64,000 nucleotides of DNA from Hemiscyllium ocellatum (taxonomy: Eukaryota): positions 72,951,164 to 73,015,163 of the forward strand of contig NC_083406.1 of NCBI RefSeq assembly GCF_020745735.1, written 5' to 3'. The notes under the pieces were generated by a model. It made no database searches and was not told the origin of the DNA. It saw only the letters and a list, made by a program, of their open reading frames with translations. The position numbers and the translations under genes are program-made. This document shows, in pieces, positions 27,741 to 41,257 of this stretch (positions are counted from its first letter, which is position 1; each line of letters opens with the position of its first letter).

Positions 27741-27907
27741 GACAATAGCAGCTGTTATTCGATACCTCCCAAGACAGATTGTTATGCAGGAACCATGAAC
27801 TCACCATTTGAAAAAATATAGAAAACACAGCGCAGTACAGGCCCTTTGGCCCTCAATGGACCCCTTTTGGATGGACCCCTTAACCATTTGCTCAACATTG
27901 CACATAG

Positions 27908-28100
27908 GAGAAAGTGAGGACTGCAGATGCTGGAGATCAGAGCTGAAAATGTGTTGCTGGAAAATCGCAGCAGGCCAGGCAGCATCCAAGGAACAGGAGA
28001 ATCGACGTTTCGGGCATGAGCCCTTCTTGAAACGTCGATTCTCCTGCTCCTTGGATGCTGCCTGACCTGCTGCGCTTTTCCAGCAACACATTTTCAGCTC
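27908..28100. mobile_element. Fold-back Penelope-derived element (family A)
   Basis: Arms 27940-28011 and 28029-28100 (3 mismatches); 17-bp TSD CTCA(A/G)CATTGCACATAG at 27891-27907 and 28098-28114. Confidence 0.88.
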
Positions 28101-28139
28101 AGCATTGCACATAGACTCACATCTCTGTTAGAGATTCCC

Positions 28140-29593
28140 CTGCCTGCCTCTAAACATCCAGGAGGTTTTGTGTCTCCTTTTTAAAACTGGCCTATAGTTC
28201 TTAGAGAAAAGAACATGTCAACAGCATGGAACCTAGCATGGGCCTGGTCCCCAGAAATCTTCTGGTTGTTAGGGACAATGGCTATTGCATCTTCCATCAA
28301 ATTAGCTTAGACATGTTCACCAGATTGTGACCCTGAGCCTAACCATTTAAGCATTCCCGTTGAAGTGATCATTTCTGTGTGGTGATAGGTGAGATGAAAT
28401 AATGTGATGGTGCATCCTCTGGGTGTTCTATATCCTCATCCTCAGAGCTGGATTTTGGACTGCTGCAGAAAATAGGCTGAGGAGTCTCCTGATTATGAGA
28501 ATGGTAATGGAGAATACAAAGAGTTAGCTTGAGGCAATGCACAATCTTAGTGCAGTCTCACAAGTGCCTCCTGTATGCCCAGGGTAGGAACATCTTCACT
28601 CTTTACGCTGTGATACACAACTGAGTGCCCACCCTATTCTCCAGCATTTGCTCCTCTGCAGGGATCATGCAGAGGTCAGAGATACTGCGACCAATTATCA
28701 AGAGCTCCCTGAATGTTATGTGCTCTCTTTTTCTAGTGGTAGTCAGAAGAATTGAATATCGTCTCAATAGACAGCAAATCCCTTTAAGAACATGTAAGTC
28801 TATGACATCCAAAGTCATTTTTCTAATGAGTGTTCCATTCATGCATTCTCTGGCAATTAGTACTACTTTCACAGCATGAACTGCTCCCACATGTTCAGTC
28901 CATATATTTCATCTGGTGCTGAGGTCAGGAATCCTTATGTCTGTGTGGTATAATTACATTGCTTGATGCTATAATGAGTGTCACTTTGCGGTGACTATAC
29001 CATTCCAGTTACCTTGGAGATTCAGGAGAATGTTGGCAGCTTTGTAGCATTGGACCCAGTTTTGCTTTTTGACACCGCACTGCTCACTTCTGCTGCAATT
29101 GCTGTCCAGGCTTCCAGGGTGATGTGGGAGGATCTCCTGCTGCCATCACTGAGAAACAAGATCTCATGTTGTTCTCATGAATCCCGGAGAGTGAGCTAAA
29201 AGGAAACATTGCTAAACTGTGGGGCCACTCGTTCTCTGCACTGACTTTTGAATTGAGTGACAACCAGTTATCAGGATTAACAGATGGGATGGGGGTGGCA
29301 GTAGCTTCAGGGATTAAAGTCTGGCAGGTGGGGAGGAGGTGGAAAGAGCTACAGTTCAAATTATTCCTCTTAGCTAGGCAGGATGACGATTTGAATTGCA
29401 TGAAGTTGTTGTTTATTCAGGTGCCACTTTGACTTCATGACTTCTTGTTCACTCTGCTACACCACTGACTGGGTCCTAACTTGATTGGCTACCACATGTT
29501 TGGTTGGCTAACCGTGTGAAATCTTCAAATCTAGGTCCTGCTCTTTTCTGGCCACACTGTCAGGAGACTCACCATTGCAACAGAATTCCACCC
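28140..29593 (-). mobile_element. Decayed PIF/Harbinger element: two-part Myb/SANT-like (NAIF1-type) ORF relic
   Basis: About 29237-29025 reads RERVAPQFS...HEILFLSDGSRRSSHITLEAWTAIAAEVSS / NWVQCYKAANIL. About 28735-28635 reads KKRAHN / RE...DL...EEQMLE. Element-end-like GGGGTGGAATTCTG at 29594-29581. Confidence 0.6.
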
Positions 29594-30439
29594 CGTGACT
29601 CAACAATGGTGTTGGGTTGGGGGGAGAGAATCATTTACAATTGCATAAATTATGTGCATTGCCAGTGTGAACTGGCACTTCATGAGAGGGAAGATAATGT
29701 TTACATTGCACAAATCTGAACAAATTAAGCTATAATTACACCTAACTACAAAGATGCACAAAGTACTTCTTAGAAACTGGTGTTTTCATTTAATTAGCAC
29801 ATAAGGCCAATTTACATTATCGCTTTCAATGCACAACTACTTTGGTTTTCTCTATTAATTTCTATTTTCTGCCCTTAAATCTATCTTACACCAGGAGGGC
29901 TACATTGAATACTTGAGTATGTTTTTGAAATAACCTCAATAAGTGGGGCATGATAATTGCATTGAATATTTCAATTGAAATGCTTCCGTTTGACATTTAC
30001 CACAGAGAGAAAGTAGGAACAAATGTTGACTTAACTGTGTTATTTTCTTTCTTTAAGATGTTTCTCACAAACAAAATTATCGACAAGTGTTCTGAGGCAT
30101 TTGGCTTCATACTGTGGTGAAATGCTTCTTGGAATATTGCATGAGAGAAAAGGAAGAGGTAAATGGAATCCTTAACCTACCTGCAAAGCCATTTGGATTA
30201 GATTTGTTGTGACATTAATGGTATTGGTTGAACTGGAATGGCTAAGATAGGAGAAATTATAATGAGGAACATAAAAATTGCATTGATATTAAATAGTATA
30301 TCTCTCTGACATAAAAATACACCTGCCAGAAATAATGGCAAAGAAAAGGTCCAATCATAATGAAAGACTTTTGGACAATTCTTATTCAACAACAAATACA
30401 ACAAACTAATGGAATTGAAAATGATAAATGACTTGATAC

Positions 30440-31018
30440 ATTCTGTTGTTCTAAAGAAGTGGTTGTGGAGGTATTAGATGCATTAGATTGCAACCTTACA
30501 AAACTCCTTAAGTTCTGATTGGTTCTGATGGACTGAAACATAGAAAAGTCACACTTATTAAGGAGAGAAGAGAAAGTGAAAAGAGAAAACTATAAGCCAC
30601 TGAGCTGACATGAAATTGTAGAAGTCCATTGTAAGGCAAGTGTAACAGGTGAGTTAGAAAATCATTACATGTTTACACAGAATCAACATGTTTTTAAGAA
30701 AGGAAAATGCAGTTGGACAGATTTATTAAGGTTTTCAAGGATGTAACTAAAATTGTTGGATGAAGTACATTATAATTTTTCCACACGGTGTTCATTAAGG
30801 TGCAACACAATAGCTTGTTCACAAGGACACATAGGTTGCAGGTAACCTATTAGCATTGAACATCGTTTATACAACAGAAAATGGACCATAGGAATAAACA
30901 GGTCAATTTCAGATTGTAACCAATCAGTGCTGGGGCCTCAGCTGACTGCATGCTACATTAATAGCTCAGACAAAGTGAGTGAGTGTAATGCATACAAGTT
31001 TCTTGATAACACAAGGAA
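30440..31018 (+). mobile_element. Very old CR1 RT fragment
   Basis: Degenerate ENYKPLS and NQHVFKKGK motifs. Confidence 0.5.
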
Positions 31019-31019
31019 A

Positions 31020-32545
31020 GCTGTAGTGCCAGTCAAGCAGGCTGCTTTGTCCTGGATGGTGTCAAGGGTCTTAGGTGCTATTGGATCTGCACTCTCCAAG
31101 TAAATGGGAAGTATTCCATCATACTTCTCATTTGTACCTTGTAGATTTTGGATGGGTGCTCTCATGCTCTTGTGGCCGTAGTACTTGCAATGGCTAGTCC
31201 ATTTCAGTTTCTGGTCAAGAACAACTCTGAAGGATGTTGATGATGGGAGAGGGGTGATAGTTAGCTTTGTTCTTGGTGGAGATGGTCACTCTGTGTGGCA
31301 TGAGTGTAATTTGCCACTCGTCAGCCCAAACCTAGATATTGCCATGGTCTTGCTGGATTTGGACATGGACTGCTTCATTGACTGTCAAGTGATGACTTTT
31401 GGTGTTAACTTTTGCAGATTAATCAGCAAACATCCTCATTTCTGATCTGATAATTACAGTCCTAGGACTCTTCCCTGAGGAAATCCTGCAGAGATGGTCG
31501 GGAGTTGAGATGGTTGACCTCCAACAACCACAATCATCCTCCTATAGGCCAGGTAAGATTCTAGCCATCAGAAAGCTCTCCACTGACTCCTAGTGATTCA
31601 AGTTTTGTTAGGGTTCCTTGATGACATGCTTTGTCAAATGTGGCCTTGATATCAAGGCCAGTCACTGTCACCTCACCTCTGGAATTCAGCTCTTTTATCC
31701 ATTTAGAATCAAAATCATAATGCGGTCAGGAGCTGCATGGGCCTCACAGGATAAGTACTGAAAGTCAGTGAGCAGATTATTGAAAAGGAAATGTTGTTGG
31801 ATAGCACTGTTGATGGCATCTTCAATCATTTTAATGATGATCCAGCATAGACCCATGGATCAGTAATTGGCCAATTTTGGATTTGTCTTGTTTTTTGTGT
31901 ACAAAACACACCTAGGCAATTTTCCACATCATTGACTAGTTGGCAATATTGTAACTTACTGGAACAGCTTGGATGAGGCACAGTTAATTCTGGAGCAAAA
32001 GTTTTCAGTACAGTTGTTGGATTGCTTTCCGGGCCCATAACCTTGTCTCGATATCACTTGGAGTAAATTGAACTTGCTGATTTAACTGCTTCATCAATGG
32101 CCTTCCTTCCATCATAAAGTCTGAAGTGGGAATGTTCACTGATGATTTGGAACATTCACTGATGATTGCATAGTTGCTCATGTTTGACTTCTCAGCCACT
32201 GAAGCACTCTATGCCCACAGCAGTAAGGTCTGGACAGCATCCAAGCTTGCACTGATAAGTAGCAAGCAACATTTGTGCCACACAGTACCAGGCAATCACC
32301 ATTTCCAACAAGACAGAATTTAATCAGTGCCCCTTTATGTTCAATGGCATTACAGTTGCTGAATTCTCACTATCAACATTGACTAGAAACTGAATTGGGC
32401 CAGCCAGATAAACACAGTAGCTACAATAGGAGGTCAGAGGCAATGGATTCTATGGTAAATAACCCATCTCCTTCTGTCCAATGCCAATCATCTACAATGC
32501 ACAAGTTAGGAGTGTGCTGGAATACTCTCTACTTATCTTGTCCAG
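31020..32545. mobile_element. Two head-to-head fragments of the second LINE family (31020-32075 minus, 32085-32545 plus)
   Basis: Minus: GPESNPTTVLKTFAPEL and LDTIQDKAACL. Plus: CFINGLPSIIKSEVGMFTDD. Confidence 0.65.
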
Positions 32546-32699
32546 TGACTAAACTGTTCCATGAATAAACAAAGTCTCCCCAATTCTTAAAAATTCATCC
32601 AGGCTTTCTAATCCTTCCTTATCTTTCCTCCCTTTCATTGTGATCTTCAACAACTATACAACCATTAGAAATACTGATATTGTCATCATTCAGCATCTG

Positions 32700-32960
32700 T
32701 ATTGTTAATTATTCCATCACTGACAGCCTTGCCTTCACCTGCTAAGGCCCCAAGCTCTGAAATTCCCTTCCTAAACTTTTCACTTTGCTACCTCTCTATC
32801 CATTCTTCAGACATTCATTAAAACCTATGCTTTTGATCAAATCTTTTTGTCACTTGTCCTAATATCTATTTATGTGGCTCAGTATCAACTTTTGTTTGAC
32901 AAACTCTAATCTTGAGATGCTTTACTTTCTTAAAGGTGCTACATAAATGCAATCTGTTGT
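32700..32960 (+). mobile_element. L2-type 3' end; related Deu/SacSINE-like relics at about 870-1000 and 43050-43450
   Basis: gccttcacctgctaaggccccaagctctgaaattccct...aaaggtgctacataaatgcaa. Confidence 0.5.
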
Positions 32961-34297
32961 GAATGGGGCAACAATGAAGGGTATTGAAGCAGTCAATATT
33001 GCTCAACACCAAAGAATAGGGGCTTCAGTTTACTGTCTCATCCAGAAGATGGCTCGTATGTACTGCAGTATTCTTTCGGAATTATACTATACTGCACTGA
33101 ATTTGAAACATAGCCTCTGGTTTGCATTTCTGTCTTACAGGCAGGTATTGGATGTTGGGAAATTTCCCAGCAGCTTCAGAGACAAGGACCCAAATCGTGT
33201 ACTTTTCAATTCAAGGAGGTGAGGGTTGGTAGGCTAAGGCTTGGTGCCCATGAGTGCAGCTTAGAGGTGACCATATAAACAAATGTGTGCCAAGATTGCA
33301 TGATCAGTTCTCTGGAATTTCATTCTAATTGTGCAGAAAAATATTAGGTCCTCTAAGACTTAATCTCATGCTTTCTCATCCTTCACCCTGTAACCCATCT
33401 ATGCCAACAGTGCCAACTCATGTCAATCTCTAGCCATTTCCACTCCCAATGGCCTCTTGTACTCTCCATGCCAACTCATGCCTGTCTATTCATCTCCATG
33501 GGCTTTTATAGCTACATGACAACTTAGTGCCAAATCATGATTCCTTACACCATCCTATGGCCTTCCATGGCAACTCTAGCATTCATCATGGGCATACTTC
33601 AGGAACCATTCTAAGATTAAGTATATTAAATTTTGATTTATCTATTACTTCAATTTTTAAAAATAGTACTCTATTTCATTAAAGTTCATTCAATACATTT
33701 AAATATCTCAAGAACTGAAGCCTTAAGTAAAACAAGCATTTTGTATTCACAACTGCACATCAAAGCCATCTGATCCTTTAATAATCTCTTGGAGCTGTTA
33801 ATCAAATTGGAAACCAAAGCCTGTGACAATGAGAAATTGTGGAGGCAATCAAAAGTGAATAATACTCTTGTGATAATTATTCAGGTGCATGAACAAACAT
33901 ACATAGAAACTGTAGGCAGAGCTACTTTTCAACTCGCAGGGACAATAGGGAGAAAGACTTTTTTTGAAACATTTAAAGGGCAAGGGACTTAAATAACTTT
34001 ATATTTGGCGTTTCTAAATGCCTAATACCCTCCTCAAGAACATGTACTTCTCCACCATTAAATTGTGAAACATATTCTGCTGGTTTAGGCCAATTATGAA
34101 GTGAAAATTGTGTATGCTTGTTAGCAACACAGATTGTAGGAGTAGGAGTAGGCCATCTGCCCTGTTGAGCCTGCTCTGTCATTCAATATGTTCATGGTTG
34201 ATCATTCAACTCGGAACCCTATTCCCACTTTCACTCTATTTCCTTTGATCCCTTTAGATGTCTGAACTAAATCTACATCTTTCTTGAAGGTCTTCAA

Positions 34298-37200
34298 TAG
34301 AGTCATAGAGATGTACAGGACGGAAACAGACCCTTCGGTCCAACACATCCATGCCGACCAGATATCCTAGCACCAGGCCCATATCCCTCTAAATCCTTCC
34401 TATTCATATACCATCCAAATGCCTTTCAAATGATGCAATTGCACTAGCCTCCACAACTTCCTCTGCCAGCTCATTCCATACACTACCACACTCTGTGTGA
34501 AAGAGTTGCCCCTTAGGTCTCTTTTAAATTTTTCCCCTCTCACCCTAAACCTAAATCTTTTCTGAACACTTTCAAATTTCACAACATCTTTCTGATAGGA
34601 AGGAGACCAGAATTGCACACAATATTCCAACAGTGGCCTAACCAATGAAGTGTTCAGCCGCAATATGACCTCCCAACTCCTGTACTCAGTACTCTGACCA
34701 ATAAAGCATACCAAATGCCTTCTTCACTAACCTATCCACTTGCAACTTGGGGCGGCACGGTGGCTCAGTGGTTAGCACTGCTGCCTCACAGTGTCAGAAG
34801 CCCAGGTTTGATTCCCATCTCGGGTGACTGTTTGCATGGAGTTTGCACATTCTCCCTATGTCTGTGTGGGTTTCCTCCAGGTGCTCAGGTTTCCTCCCAC
34901 AATCCAAAGATATGCTGATCAGGTGAATTGGCTATGTTAACTTGCCCCAGTTTTAGGTGCATTAGTCTGGGTGGGTTACTTTCTGGAGGGTTGGTGTGGA
35001 CTTGTTGGGCCAAAGGGCCTGTTTCCATACTGGAAGGAATCTAATCTAATCCATTTTCAAGGAGCTATGAACCTGCACTCCAAGGTCTCTTTGTTCAGCA
35101 ACACTCCCTAGGATCTTACCATTAAGTGTATAAGTCCTGCTAAGATTAGCTTTCCCAAAATGCAGCACCTCGCATTTATCTGAATTAAACTCCATCTGCC
35201 ACTTCTCAGCCCATTGGCTCATCTGATCAAGATCCTGTTGTAATCTGAGGTAACCTTCTTCGCTGTCCACTACACCTCCAATTTTAATGTCATCTGCAAA
35301 CTTACTAACTGTACCTCTTATGCTGACATCCAAATTATTTATATAAATGACGAAAAGTAGCGGACCCAGCACCAATCCTTGTGGCACCCCACTGGTCACT
35401 GGCCTCCAGTCTGAAAAACAACCCTCCACCACCACCCTCTGTCTTCTACCTTTGAGCCAGTTCTGTATACAAATGGCTACTTCTCCATGTATTCCGTGAG
35501 ATCTATACTTGCTAACCAGTCTCCCATGGCAAATCTTGTCAAACACCTTACTGAAGTCCATATAGATCATGTCCACCACTCTGCCCTCATCAATCTTCTT
35601 TGTTATATCTTCAAAAAACTCAATCAAGTTTGTGAGACATGATTTCCCACATACAAAGCCATGTTGACAATCCCTAATCAGTCCTTGCTTTTCCAAATAC
35701 ATGCACATCTTGTCTCTTAGGATTCCCTCCAACAACCTGCCCACCAACATCAGGCTCACTGGGCTATAGATCCCTGGCTTGTCCTTACCACCCTTCTTAA
35801 ACCATGGCACCACGTTAGCCAACTTCTAGTCTTCTGACACCTCACCTGTGACTGTTGATGATACAAATATCTCAGCAAGAGGCTCAGCAATCATTTCCCT
35901 CGCTTCCCACAGAGTTCTGGGGTACACCTGATCAGGTCCTGGGGATCTATCTACTTTTATGTGTTTCAAGACATCCAGCACTTACTCCTCTGTAATGTGG
36001 ACACTTTTCAAGATGTCACCATCTATTTCCACACATTCTATATCTTCCGTTTTGTTTTCCACAGTAAATACTGATGCAAAGTACTTATTTAGCATCTCCC
36101 CTATCTCCTGCAGCTCCACACAAAGGCCGTCTTGCTGATTTTTGAGTGGTCCTATTCTCTCTCTAGTTACCCTTTTATCCTTAATGTATTTGTAAAAACC
36201 CTTTGGATTCTGCTTACCTCTATTTGCCAAAGCTATCTCATGTTCCCTTTTTGCCCTCCTGATCTCCCTCTAAAGTATACTCCTACTGCCTTTATACTCT
36301 TTGAAGGATTTATGCGATCTATCTTGTCTATACCTGACATATGCTTCCTTTTTCTTAATCGACCCCTCAATATCTTTAGTCATCCAGCCTTCCCTACACC
36401 TACCAGCCTTTCCTTTCACCCTAACAGGAATATACTGTCCCTGGACTCTCGTTATCTCATTTCTGAAGGCATCCCATTTTCCAACTGTCCCTTTGCCTGA
36501 AAACATCTGCTCCCAATCAGCTTTTGGAAGTTCTCGCTTAATACCATCTAAATGAGCCTTTCTCCAATTTAGAACTTCAACTTTTAAATCTGATCTATCT
36601 TTTTCCATCACTATTTTAAAACTAATAGAATTATGGTCACTGATCCCAAAGTGCTGTCCCACTGACACCTCAGTCACCTGCCCTGCCTTATTTCCCAAGA
36701 GTAGACCAAGTAGATCTCTAGTAGGTACATCCACATACTGAATCAGAACATTTTCTTGGACACACTTTACTAATTCCTCTCCATCTAAACCCTTAACACT
36801 ATGGCAGTCCCAGCCTGTGCTTGGAAAGTTAAAATCCCCAAACATAACCACCCTATTATTCTTAGAGATAACTGAGATCTCCTAACAAATTTATTTCTCA
36901 ATTTCCCTCTGAGTATTAGGGGGTCTATAATACAATCCCAATAAAGTGATCATCCCTTTTTATTTCTCAGTTCCACCCAAATAACTCCCCTGGATATATT
37001 TCCAGGAATATCCTCTCTCAGTACAGCTGTAATGCTATCCCATATCAAAAACACCACTCCCCATCCTTTCTTGCCTCCCTTTCCTGTAGCATTTGTATAC
37101 TGGAACATTAAGCTACCAGTCCTGTGCATCCCTGAGCCATGTTTCTATAATTGCTATGATATCCCAGTCCCATGTCCCTAACCATGCCCTGAGTTCATCT

Positions 37201-38690
37201 GTCTTTCCTGTTAGGCCTCTTGCGTTAAATTAGATGCTGTTTAATTTATCAGTCTTAGCTTGTTCTCTGCTTTGTCCCTGCCTGCCCTGACTCTTTGACT
37301 CGCTTCTTGTCTCAGACTGATCTCTTTCCTCACTATCTCCCTGCGTCCCACACCCCCATCTTAATAGTTTAAATCCTCCCGAGCAGCTCTAGCAAATCTC
37401 CCTGCCAGTTCCCTTTCAATTAAGGTGCAATCCATCCTTCTTGTTCAGGTCACTTCTACCCCAGAAGAGATTCCAATAATCAAAAATGTGAATCCTTCTC
37501 CCATACACCAGCTCCTCAGCCATGCATTCATCTGCTCTGTCTTCCTATTCCTACCCTCACTAGCTTACAGCACTGGAGTAATCCAGATATTATTACTCTC
37601 AAGGATCTCCTTTCTAAATTACTGCCTAATTCTCCCTCCAGAATCTCATCCTTTTCCCTTCTTCTGTCATTGGTTCCAATGTGTACAATCACCTCCTGTT
37701 GGTCCCTCTCCCCTTTGAGAACATTCTGTACATTCTCTGAGACATCCTTGATCCTGGCACCAGGGAAGCAAACTCAACACTGATATTTTGCTCCTGGTCA
37801 CAGAAACATTTGTCTGTGCCTCGGACTAGAGAGTCCCCTCACACAATTGATCTCTTGGAACCCGACGTAACCCTCATTGCATTAGAGCCAGTCTTGATAC
37901 CAGAAACTTGTTCCAATCCCCAGAGAATTCATCACATTTTCCAAAACAGCATACTTGTTTGAAATGGAGATAACCACAGAGGACTCCTTCACTCCTTACC
38001 TACCTCACTTACCTTTCCTGTAGTTAACCCATTTATGTGACTGTGTCTGCAACTTTTCTCCCTTCGTATAATTGCCATCCCTCACATCCCCTAAATTCCT
38101 CATTGCCTCTAACTATCTCTCCAGCTGATCCATTCAATCTGATAGGATTTGCAACCAATGGCATTTATTGCAGATATACTCCTCAGTGACATGTAAGCTC
38201 TCCCTGAACTCACATCTGACAAAAAGAGCATATCACTCTTCTAAAGGCCATTTTTGCTTCTTTCAATGTACAGACCCAGAAAATAGCACTGTCTTATTCC
38301 TCTGCAAAACACGGCTCCAGGCTAACTTCATACTTATGGCTTATATATTTAAGTTTAATCAAGAGACATATCTCAATAAAAGATTTAATCAAAACAGAAC
38401 CCACTCTATTCACTACTATAGATTTACTGTGAGGCTACACTTAAAAATCTTCACCTACCTGTCTCTGTGCTGTGTCCTCTTCCAAACAGGTTCCTCCAAG
38501 ATTAGTTGTGAATTTCACTGTTTGTTAATTTTCCCAGATGCACTCTAAAGTCCAACAATACACAAATTCAAACAGCAAAGGCATTAACTGCGCAGGTTCA
38601 CTGCTGTATCATTTAGCAGTGTGGGTTTCTTTTTCTCTCTCTCTCGCCATGTGCTGCCTTTGTCTATTCCTCTCTCTTTTAAAAGTGCCA
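34298..38690 (-). mobile_element. Near full-length CR1 LINE: 5'UTR, ORF1 (zinc finger/leucine zipper plus SGNH esterase), ORF2 (APE endonuclease plus RT), 3'UTR; inactivated
   Basis: ORF1: ICSFCQM...YICNKCHWLQIL (about 38240-38140), GDSLVRGTD and CFPGARIKDVSE...VIVHIGTND. Endonuclease: GDFNFP...SDHNSISF. RT at 35046-35822 with SGVPQGLVLGP and KFADD. Internal deletion near 34552. Confidence 0.92.
34749..35050 (+). mobile_element. V-SINE (HE1-like) nested in CR1 ORF2
   Basis: A box TGGCTCAGTGG, B box GGTTTGATTCC, V-core and (AATCT)n tail. Confidence 0.88.
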
Positions 38691-38983
38691 CTTAGATTCA
38701 CTACAGTATGGCAACAGGCCCTTTGGCCCAACCAGTCCACACCAACCCTCTGAAGAGTAACCCACCCACACCCATTTCCCTCTGACTAATGCACCTAACA
38801 CTATGGACAACTGAGCAAGGCCAATTTGCCTAACCTGCACATCTTTGGACTGAGGGAGGAAACCCACGCAGACAAGGGAAGAATGTGCAAACTCCACACA
38901 GACAGTCACCTAAGGCTGGAAACGAACCTGGGGCTCTGGTGCTGTGAGGCAGCAGTGCTAACCACTGAGCCACTGTGCCACCC
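38691..38983 (-). mobile_element. V-SINE (HE1-like) abutting the CR1 5' end
   Basis: tRNA-like head, V-core and LINE-derived tail. Confidence 0.88.
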
Positions 38984-39139
38984 AAAGTTCAAAACAATGC
39001 ATCTGCATATAAAACAGTAATTGCGGCTCCTAGGATTCGAGGAAATCACCTCCAAAACCCAGATGTTTCAAATAAGGAACAGCCTGTTACAGCCAGAATT
39101 TTTTCCTGTCTTCCATCTTGGATACCCAGAATCTTTGTT

Positions 39140-39625
39140 TTGGCCTCAGGTTTCCTGTGACTGAGAATTCCACAAGTTCACCAGTCTCTAGGTGAAGAAA
39201 TTTCTTCTCATCTCAGTCGTAAAAGACCTACTCTTTATTCTTAGACAGTAACCCCTTGTTCTGCATTCCCCAGCCATTGAGAGCATTTTTTCTGCATTTG
39301 CCCTCCCTAATACTGTTAGAATTTTATTGGTTTCTATGAAGTGCCCCTCTTTCTTCTAAACTCCATTATAAAGAAAGTCCTAACCTGTCCTGTCTCTTTT
39401 TGTAAGTCAATCCTGCCATCCCAGGAATGGAAACTTGTATCTGCATTCTCACCATAGCCAGAATATCCTTCCTTTGACAAGAGACCACAAACGCACACAA
39501 TACTCCAGGTATGGTCTCACCAAGGCCCTGTGAAATTGCAGCAAGACTTCCTTGCTCCTGTACTTGAATTCTCTCAATATCAACATACCATTTGCCTTCT
39601 TCACAACCTGCATAACCTATATGCA
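39140..39625 (-). mobile_element. Old CR1 3' fragment
   Basis: ORF2 C-terminal relic (IPGMAGLTY..RLGL). Confidence 0.7.
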
Positions 39626-40356
39626 TGTCCTATGCACTCAATTTAAATGACTCAACTGAGTTCACTTTTCCCAATGTGTACTCCATGCCCTATTACCTTT
39701 GCCCGATTTATGGCATTCAGTGCTGCAGTAAGTGAGGGTGGGACCCTAACAATTCAGTCCTATATACTCAAGACTGAAATTGGTTACATTCTCAACCTGA
39801 ATCTTTCTGACTGAAGGGCATTTGTCCTACAGCCAAGTGGAGGATTGTTTCGCACTGATGGTCCCACGTCAAGCAACCTGTTAACACTCATTACTCAAGC
39901 TCAGAGTAGAGCAATGGCATGGTATTGAGTTACCACCTGACTGCTTTTGAACTTGGATAATTTATACTTTGGACAAAAACTACTAAGCTGTAAATCAAAC
40001 TGGAAACAGATTTTGAAAGGGAATAGTTGTGTTTTCCACTTTATTCAGTTTATCATGTGGTGATATCAATAATTCTTATGAGCTTTCACCAATTATAAAG
40101 AAAACATCCAAACTCAAGCTGTGTTCAAATCTTCATTCTGTCATTATCCTACCCCTTAGTTTTGTCCTGGACAACTATTCATGAAGTACTGGAGGATTGG
40201 AAACCTATGAGCGGTTATAGAAGGTAATGGCTCAGGAAGGGTTAATATTGGAGACTATATTTAATCCAATCCTTCTAATGATGTCACACAATCCTGGGTG
40301 GAGAATCGAAAAGAGCAACCCTAGATCTCAATGGGATCAGCCATCTCATCTCTGGG

Positions 40357-40490
40357 CTTCTGAAGAAGAGTGCAATTGGACTCAAAACATTAACTCTGTC
40401 TGACCACAGATGCTGCCAGACTTGCTGAGTTTCTGCATTGCATTCTCTTTTTATTTCAGATACCTAGTATCCATTTTATTTTGCTTTTAT
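40357..40490 (+). mobile_element. Old Penelope-derived short repeat (family D) with decayed hammerhead; related copies at about 54460-54560 and 6120-6230
   Basis: CTGAAGA-a-gagt...actc-AAAA-catt followed by aactctg...cagatgctgccagacttgctgagtt. Confidence 0.5.
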
Positions 40491-40649
40491 TTTAGTGTCA
40501 TCTCTGTAATTATGCTGAATTAACCAATGCAATTTGTTCTGATTGTTGTCATGCAATAAAGTACACCTTGTTGTTGAGAGAAGTGCTTTTCCTTATTATG
40601 ACTCACAGGTGGTTAATCCTCTACTACTTTTAACTAAGTAGGTCTTTAA

Positions 40650-41257
40650 AGTCATAGAGATATACAGGATGGAAATAGACCCTTCTGTCAACACGTCCAT
40701 GCCGACCAGATATCCCAACCCAATCTAGCTTCACCTGCTAGAATCTGGCCCATATCCCTCCAAACCCTTCCTATTCATATACCCATCCAGATGTCTTTTA
40801 AATGTTGTAATTGTATGAGCTTCCACCACATCCTCTGGCAGCTCATTCCATACACGTACCACCCTCTACATGAAAAAGTTGCCCCTTAGTTCTCTTTTGA
40901 ATCTTTCCCCTCTCATCCTAAATCTATGCCCTCTAGTTCTGGACTCCCCCACCCCAGGGAAAAAAACCTTGTCTAGTTGCCCTATCCATGCCCCTCATGA
41001 TGTTATAGACCTCTATAAGGTCACCTCTCAGCCTTTGACGCTCCAGGGAAAACAGCCCTAACCTATTCAACCTCTCCCTATAGCTCAAATCCTCCAACCC
41101 TGGCAACATCCTTGTAAATCTTTTCTGAGCCCTTTCAAGTTTCACAACATCTTTTCAATAGAAAGGAGATGAGAATTGCATGCAATATTCTAGCAGTGGC
41201 CTAACCAAGTCCTGTACAACCACAGCATGACCTCCCAACTCCTATACTCAATACTTT
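40650..41257 (-). mobile_element. CR1 LINE 3' part
   Basis: LERAQKRFTRMLPGLEDLSYRERLNRLGLFSLERQRLRGDLIEVY. Confidence 0.9.

Noticed and set aside
27908-28100. MITE (DNA transposon) interpretation of the hairpins
   Set aside because: The arms are asymmetric rather than terminal, TSDs are long and variable, loops differ between copies, and the sequence matches a Penelope 3' end.
31020-32545. Single twin-primed LINE inversion
   Set aside because: The fragments are old, overlap in consensus position and show no visible TSD, so I cannot distinguish this from two insertions.
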